Source: an uncultured virus (IMG/VR IMGVR_UViG_3300021256_000096) (Duplodnaviria > Heunggongvirae > Uroviricota > Caudoviricetes). Taken from it: a DNA stretch of 20,000 nucleotides. The stretch is from the IMG/VR virus record IMGVR_UViG_3300021256_000096. One strand, given 5' to 3'. The notes beneath the pieces are model-generated. The model searched no databases, was not told the origin of the DNA, and was given only the letters and a program-made list of their open reading frames with translations. The translations under genes were made by a program, and so were the position numbers. Positions 16,335 through 20,000 of the stretch are shown piece by piece (the stretch's first letter is position 1; every line of letters begins with the position of its first letter).

Positions 16335-16664
16335 TCAATGGATGTTCTTATGAATGAAATCAATCAATTCGTCCGGAGCCTCGTGTAAGAAGATGTTAAT
16401 CCAGGAATTGTTCCTGTTCCTCATATTAATGCGGACTTTGCGTTCAGCAGCGTCAGACATATTTTCATTCACACAAGTCATAGAGACGCAGACGACTTCT
16501 ACAGAGTCAACACTGTTCTTGAACTCATAGTCTTTGTTGATGTTGATACGCTTGGTGTAAACTTTGTCGTCGATGTCCTCGCCCAAGATGTCATTCTTTG
16601 ACGTTTCAATACCGTTGCTCAGAACAGCATCGAAGATTTCTGAAATAACTTTTTCCTTGTTCAT
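16335..16664 (-). CDS. hypothetical protein (109 aa)
   Basis: ORF in minus block. Confidence 0.75.
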   Translation of the reverse strand: MNKEKVISEIFDAVLSNGIETSKNDILGEDIDDKVYTKRININKDYEFKNSVDSVEVVCVSMTCVNENMSDAAERKVRINMRNRNNSWINIFLHEAPDELIDFIHKNIH

Positions 16665-16702
16665 ATTATCTTTCTTTAATTCATTATCAATTCAAACTTT
16701 CT

Positions 16703-16990
16703 TTACTGAAACGGACTTCCAACAGCATAGTTGTACGACTTGAGAATTGCCTGCTCTTTCTCGTTCAGCCCGTTCTGACGGACTTTGCAGATTCCGAAGA
16801 AGTATCTCAGGTTTCCTCTCCATTTACAGTCTTTGAACAGTTTCCACAGACAACCAATCTTAGTCGTCGCCCACTCTATCTCAATCTCACAAGAAGGAAC
16901 GCCGTTATCGTCCAGTACCCACAGAGAGACTATAGGGTTGTCATTTACGTTTCTGCTCCAGATGAGCATCGATTTCTTTATCTTAGCCAT
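16703..16990 (-). CDS. hypothetical protein (95 aa)
   Basis: ORF in minus block. Confidence 0.7.
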   Translation of the reverse strand: MAKIKKSMLIWSRNVNDNPIVSLWVLDDNGVPSCEIEIEWATTKIGCLWKLFKDCKWRGNLRYFFGICKVRQNGLNEKEQAILKSYNYAVGSPFQ

Positions 16991-16994
16991 AAAT

Positions 16995-17192
16995 TTATCT
17001 TTTACTTAACAGATGTATATTAACCCATTGAGGGATGTAGTCTCCGACATTTCTCGCTTCGACCATACAAGCATAGTCTCCATACATATAGTCTGGACCA
17101 TAGTATATTACACCAGGAATCTTTTTGTTCTTATCACTCTGGTCCGGATGATACCAGACTTTCGTTCCTATTTTACAGTCTTGTAACTTCAT
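16995..17192 (-). CDS. small hypothetical protein (65 aa from ATG 17192), SH3-like
   Basis: MKLQDCKIGTKVWYHP pattern. Confidence 0.7.
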   Translation of the reverse strand: MKLQDCKIGTKVWYHPDQSDKNKKIPGVIYYGPDYMYGDYACMVEARNVGDYIPQWVNIHLLSKR

Positions 17193-17367
17193 GTTCAGTA
17201 ACATTTACGAATTCACACAGACACAGAGCACCGTCCTCACGGTAACGCCAGAAGTTCGGCTGTAAAACGTACGGAGACCACCAGTGCTTCTTCTCGGCAA
17301 TCATATAGTACGGCTCAGAACCGTCTCGTGGTTCAATCTTGTAAATCTTCGCTTTCGTCTTGCTCAT
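17173..17367 (-). CDS. small hypothetical protein (64 aa)
   Basis: ORF in minus block; KKHWW motif. Confidence 0.65.
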   Translation of the reverse strand: MSKTKAKIYKIEPRDGSEPYYMIAEKKHWWSPYVLQPNFWRYREDGALCLCEFVNVTEHEVTRL

Positions 17368-17388
17368 AATACTCAGTAGATTTGATTA

Positions 17389-17832
17389 TCAATTTTCTTT
17401 CTCTTCTCGCTTCATCCGTTCAATCTCAGCGTTTCTCTTCGCTCTCCACTCAGCAATGCGCTGCTTCTTTTCTTCCGGAGACAGTTTCTTGAACTCGTCT
17501 TCCTCACGCTTTGCTTCGTCCAGGCGGACTTTCATCTCAGAGAAGTTCCCGACGAAATCTTCGAACAGTTCTTCGAATATTGTCTGGACGTCTTCCCAAG
17601 TGACTGCGACAGCAGAATTCTCTAAAGCGTCTATCAAGTCGTAGTGTTTCCTGTATGGGCTGCGCAGGTGATAAATCTTCTCACCGTCCACTCTCATATA
17701 CGGAGTGAAGTCAGCCGTACACATAAGGCCCAGTCCTATCTGAGAGCAGTACTCGGAACTCCATGGATTGAGCGTGCTCGAACCGTCCTTGAATTCAATC
17801 GTATGTTCTTCTATCTTGTAAGTATTCCCCAT
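17389..17832 (-). CDS. hypothetical protein (147 aa) with charged helical C-terminus
   Basis: ORF in minus block. Confidence 0.75.
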   Translation of the reverse strand: MGNTYKIEEHTIEFKDGSSTLNPWSSEYCSQIGLGLMCTADFTPYMRVDGEKIYHLRSPYRKHYDLIDALENSAVAVTWEDVQTIFEELFEDFVGNFSEMKVRLDEAKREEDEFKKLSPEEKKQRIAEWRAKRNAEIERMKREEKEN

Positions 17833-17854
17833 ATTAATCAGCGTTGTTTATATG

Positions 17855-18058
17855 TTATTCGTCTTCCTTTCTCCAGAGAGTGTTCTCCATCACATCTGAG
17901 TTTGAGAACGAAATCAGTTCGTCGAGATTGTCTAATCCGTACTTCTCTAAAGTCTCTTTGTCCAACTTGATGTCTTTCTCATCCTCAATCAGACAGAGAA
18001 GAGTCTTGTACGGCGTCAGCAGATTCCTGAGATGTGCGCCTAATGTTTCTGTTGCCAT
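17855..18058 (-). CDS. small hypothetical protein (67 aa from ATG 18058)
   Basis: The longer track ORF overlaps the upstream gene; ATG 18058 follows its stop. Confidence 0.65.
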   Translation of the reverse strand: MATETLGAHLRNLLTPYKTLLCLIEDEKDIKLDKETLEKYGLDNLDELISFSNSDVMENTLWRKEDE

Positions 18059-18074
18059 ATATTGTCTCCTTTCA

Positions 18075-19058
18075 TTAACAATTCTCAGAGCATTCTTCCC
18101 ACTTTTCTGTCTCTTTGAGTTCATCATCTCCGAACTTCCAGTTCTTAATGTAGCCCTTTGAGTCGACTTCGAATTCCAGATAGTCTCCGTATCCCTTATC
18201 TTCAATAGACAGAAACTCTGGGACGTAACTGTCTAAGACTCTCAACTTTCTCTGAGCGATGTCAAGAAGTTCATAATGACCCGTGTCCACAATCTTCACT
18301 GTACGGAAGTCTCCGGTCTTCCCGTCTGGCCAATTCTCAATATGACCGTTCTCTATATTGATGAGCAGCTCGATTTCATCTTTGTCATTCACGAGACTTG
18401 GGAAATCTTTCCTGAGATTGCTCCACGCAGCGACATCATCCATCTGGTCGTATATCTTCCCGTTCAGTTCAACCATCTCCAGCCAGTAGTCAATCTCCTT
18501 AGTGAAGCGTATGAACTTCGGACGTCTGAGTTCATCATCATGCTTCTTAGAGAATACTTCTGTGACGTCCATAATGGAATTCATGGCATCTGCCATATGA
18601 GCAAACGCTGCCCTCGTGTCCGCAGAAACATCAGTCAGGAGAATCTCACGACCGGTCTCATTGAATCCGCACTCATAGAACGCAATGTCACCGGCTGGAC
18701 GTCCGTTGAAGTGGAAGAACGCCTGGAGGACGAATGGTGAGTTCGTGTATACGAAGACGTGAGGTGCAAGATCGTCGTTCCTCATCTTTTCGACCAGAGT
18801 CTTCACCAAAGCAATCTGATCCACCGGATGCGAATCGTCGAAGCAGTACTTCTGAAGTCCGAATTCCGTATTGTAGAAGTTATGGTCGTCCACACGATGA
18901 CAAGCGTGCGCCATAACAATATCGCTAACGACATCGCTAAGTCTGTTACTCAGCCCCGGACATCCGATGACGACTATAATCTTCTTAGTTACGTCTACTA
19001 TCTGCGGGTTGATGATTCTAAGTCCGCTTATTGCCTCTGAGAAATGCTTCAGTTCCAT
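18075..19058 (-). CDS. two-domain protein: degenerate ABC/AAA_15-like ATPase remnant plus a phage hypothetical domain
   Basis: VVIGCPG, FDDSHPVDQ and VFVYTNSPFVL echo the Walker A, LHP..Q and THSP motifs; C-terminal NWP..KIVDTG.Y.LLD..YVP..GYGDY..NW. Confidence 0.7.
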   Translation of the reverse strand: MELKHFSEAISGLRIINPQIVDVTKKIIVVIGCPGLSNRLSDVVSDIVMAHACHRVDDHNFYNTEFGLQKYCFDDSHPVDQIALVKTLVEKMRNDDLAPHVFVYTNSPFVLQAFFHFNGRPAGDIAFYECGFNETGREILLTDVSADTRAAFAHMADAMNSIMDVTEVFSKKHDDELRRPKFIRFTKEIDYWLEMVELNGKIYDQMDDVAAWSNLRKDFPSLVNDKDEIELLINIENGHIENWPDGKTGDFRTVKIVDTGHYELLDIAQRKLRVLDSYVPEFLSIEDKGYGDYLEFEVDSKGYIKNWKFGDDELKETEKWEECSENC

Positions 19059-19066
19059 AATGAATT

Positions 19067-19540
19067 CTATTTGTCGTTGAAATTAATGTTCTTACTATAT
19101 ATACAGACGAAGTCCCAAGAAGTTCTGTTTCTTTCAGCGCACTTGAGATTACTGTCGTAAGTTTCTTTCTCCAGGAACGAACCGTCGTTGTTGATTCCGA
19201 ATGCTCTATCTTCAGTGAATGAGTAGAACAGATTTCCGGACGTCTCTCCGATGTTTCCTGACGTCCACATGGACATATCAAGATGAGAGTCGTTAACTGG
19301 AGAATACACAGAGACAACGTACCAATACGCCCTCAGGTTTGCCGGTAGTGTGCTCTGCAAGTCACTGTCGTAGTCAGCAGGAGAGAGTTTCTTCCACCAG
19401 ATGCCGTCTATAGTCTTGTTGCACGGATATGCAATTCCGTCTTCTCTGATGACGTAGAATTCCAGATTCAAGTCTCCGCGAGTCACGATGATGTTGCCCG
19501 GCTTCCAGAACAGTTCTTTCTTGGTCTTTGTTGATTCCAT
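19067..19540 (-). CDS. hypothetical protein (157 aa from ATG 19540); ends in TAG or reads through to TGA at 19049
   Basis: The track start at 19711 overlaps the upstream gene; this is the only called gene ending in TAG. Confidence 0.7.
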   Translation of the reverse strand: MESTKTKKELFWKPGNIIVTRGDLNLEFYVIREDGIAYPCNKTIDGIWWKKLSPADYDSDLQSTLPANLRAYWYVVSVYSPVNDSHLDMSMWTSGNIGETSGNLFYSFTEDRAFGINNDGSFLEKETYDSNLKCAERNRTSWDFVCIYSKNINFNDK

Positions 19541-19554
19541 AATCAATTCAGAGT

Positions 19555-19998
19555 TTAATAGTCGTTTGTGTACCAGTCGTTGAAGTAATGCTTCGTTTTC
19601 GTCTCCAGGGCTTTCAGCGTGTCTGCATGGAAACACTCGTGCCAGTATGATAACTTGGCATAGAGTTTCTTTATCTTCTCGGCCAGTTTCGTACGTTCCG
19701 GAGTTCCCCATGCGTACTTCTGCGCTTCTGCTCTCAGGACGCTCAACTGTCCTTCTATTTTCTTGTTGCTCTTCCTTCTCTTCAGATAGAGGACGTACTC
19801 GTGCTTCGAGATTTTGTGACAGTACTGCACGGACTTGAAGAACGGGATTACGTTGCGTCGCACCATCGATATTTTAACGTCTAAGTCCTCATAGAGAACT
19901 TTCTCAGTCTCGGACTTGCGGTACAGTTCGTCGACGTCTATACCAGTCTTCATATAGCAGTACGGAGTGTACCACAGAGACACTGTGGTACACTCCGT
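19555..19998 (-). CDS. hypothetical protein, 5' end uncertain (runs into the terminal inverted repeat)
   Basis: Frame is open to the window edge; possible starts are GTG 19983 or ATG 19953. Confidence 0.65.
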   Translation of the reverse strand, partial: TECTTVSLWYTPYCYMKTGIDVDELYRKSETEKVLYEDLDVKISMVRRNVIPFFKSVQYCHKISKHEYVLYLKRRKSNKKIEGQLSVLRAEAQKYAWGTPERTKLAEKIKKLYAKLSYWHECFHADTLKALETKTKHYFNDWYTNDY

Positions 19999-20000
19999 AC
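19960..20000. repeat. perfect 18-bp inverted repeat with 5-nt spacer reaching the window end
   Basis: GTACGGAGTGTACCACAG-AGACA-CTGTGGTACACTCCGTAC. Confidence 0.95.

Noticed and set aside
19541..19711. N-terminal extension of the 19067 ORF (likewise 18059-18205 and 8632-8661)
   Set aside because: The extensions overlap upstream genes or a promoter; downstream ATGs with typical AT-rich leaders fit better.
1..20000. Firm assignment to Lak phage proper; tRNAs, DGR/retron, integrase or structural genes
   Set aside because: No marker genes, cloverleafs or reverse transcriptase motifs were seen. GC content looks clearly higher than the very AT-rich classic Lak genomes, so only 'Lak-like Bacteroidota phage' is suggested.

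Overview
Gene-dense stretch of about 45 short, mostly hypothetical ORFs in four strand blocks (+ 1-4580, - 4674-8425, + 8662-13937, - 14320-end). It looks like the accessory or early region of a large Bacteroidota-infecting phage, probably a Prevotella/Lak-like jumbo phage. Support: TTG-N20-TAnnTTTG host-type promoters, AT-rich leaders without Shine-Dalgarno sites, a Bacteroides-like stand-alone AraC protein, and a 'KKALYESIM..DVAKIVKR' leader protein. Recognisable products: spermidine-synthase-like SAM methyltransferase, HD hydrolase, ParB/DGQHR-like protein, lipoprotein, NPPF-type amino-methyltransferase, AraC HTH protein, and a degenerate ABC-ATPase-like fusion. Most notable sequence-level signals: (1) the palindrome GACGTC occurs about 40 times by manual count (about 3-5 expected), in all frames and in most terminator stems, and TCCGGA is also enriched; (2) single genes are bracketed by 12-25 bp direct repeats of an intergenic motif family, like excisable cassettes; (3) an in-frame TAG inside an otherwise intact gene suggests TAG recoding; (4) a conserved upstream box at three host-sigma promoters and a TAGATAAATA late-promoter-like motif; (5) a perfect 18-bp fold-back reaching the last base of the window. 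No tRNA, rRNA, CRISPR array, integrase or structural gene was recognised. All protein calls come from motif recognition by eye, not database searches.
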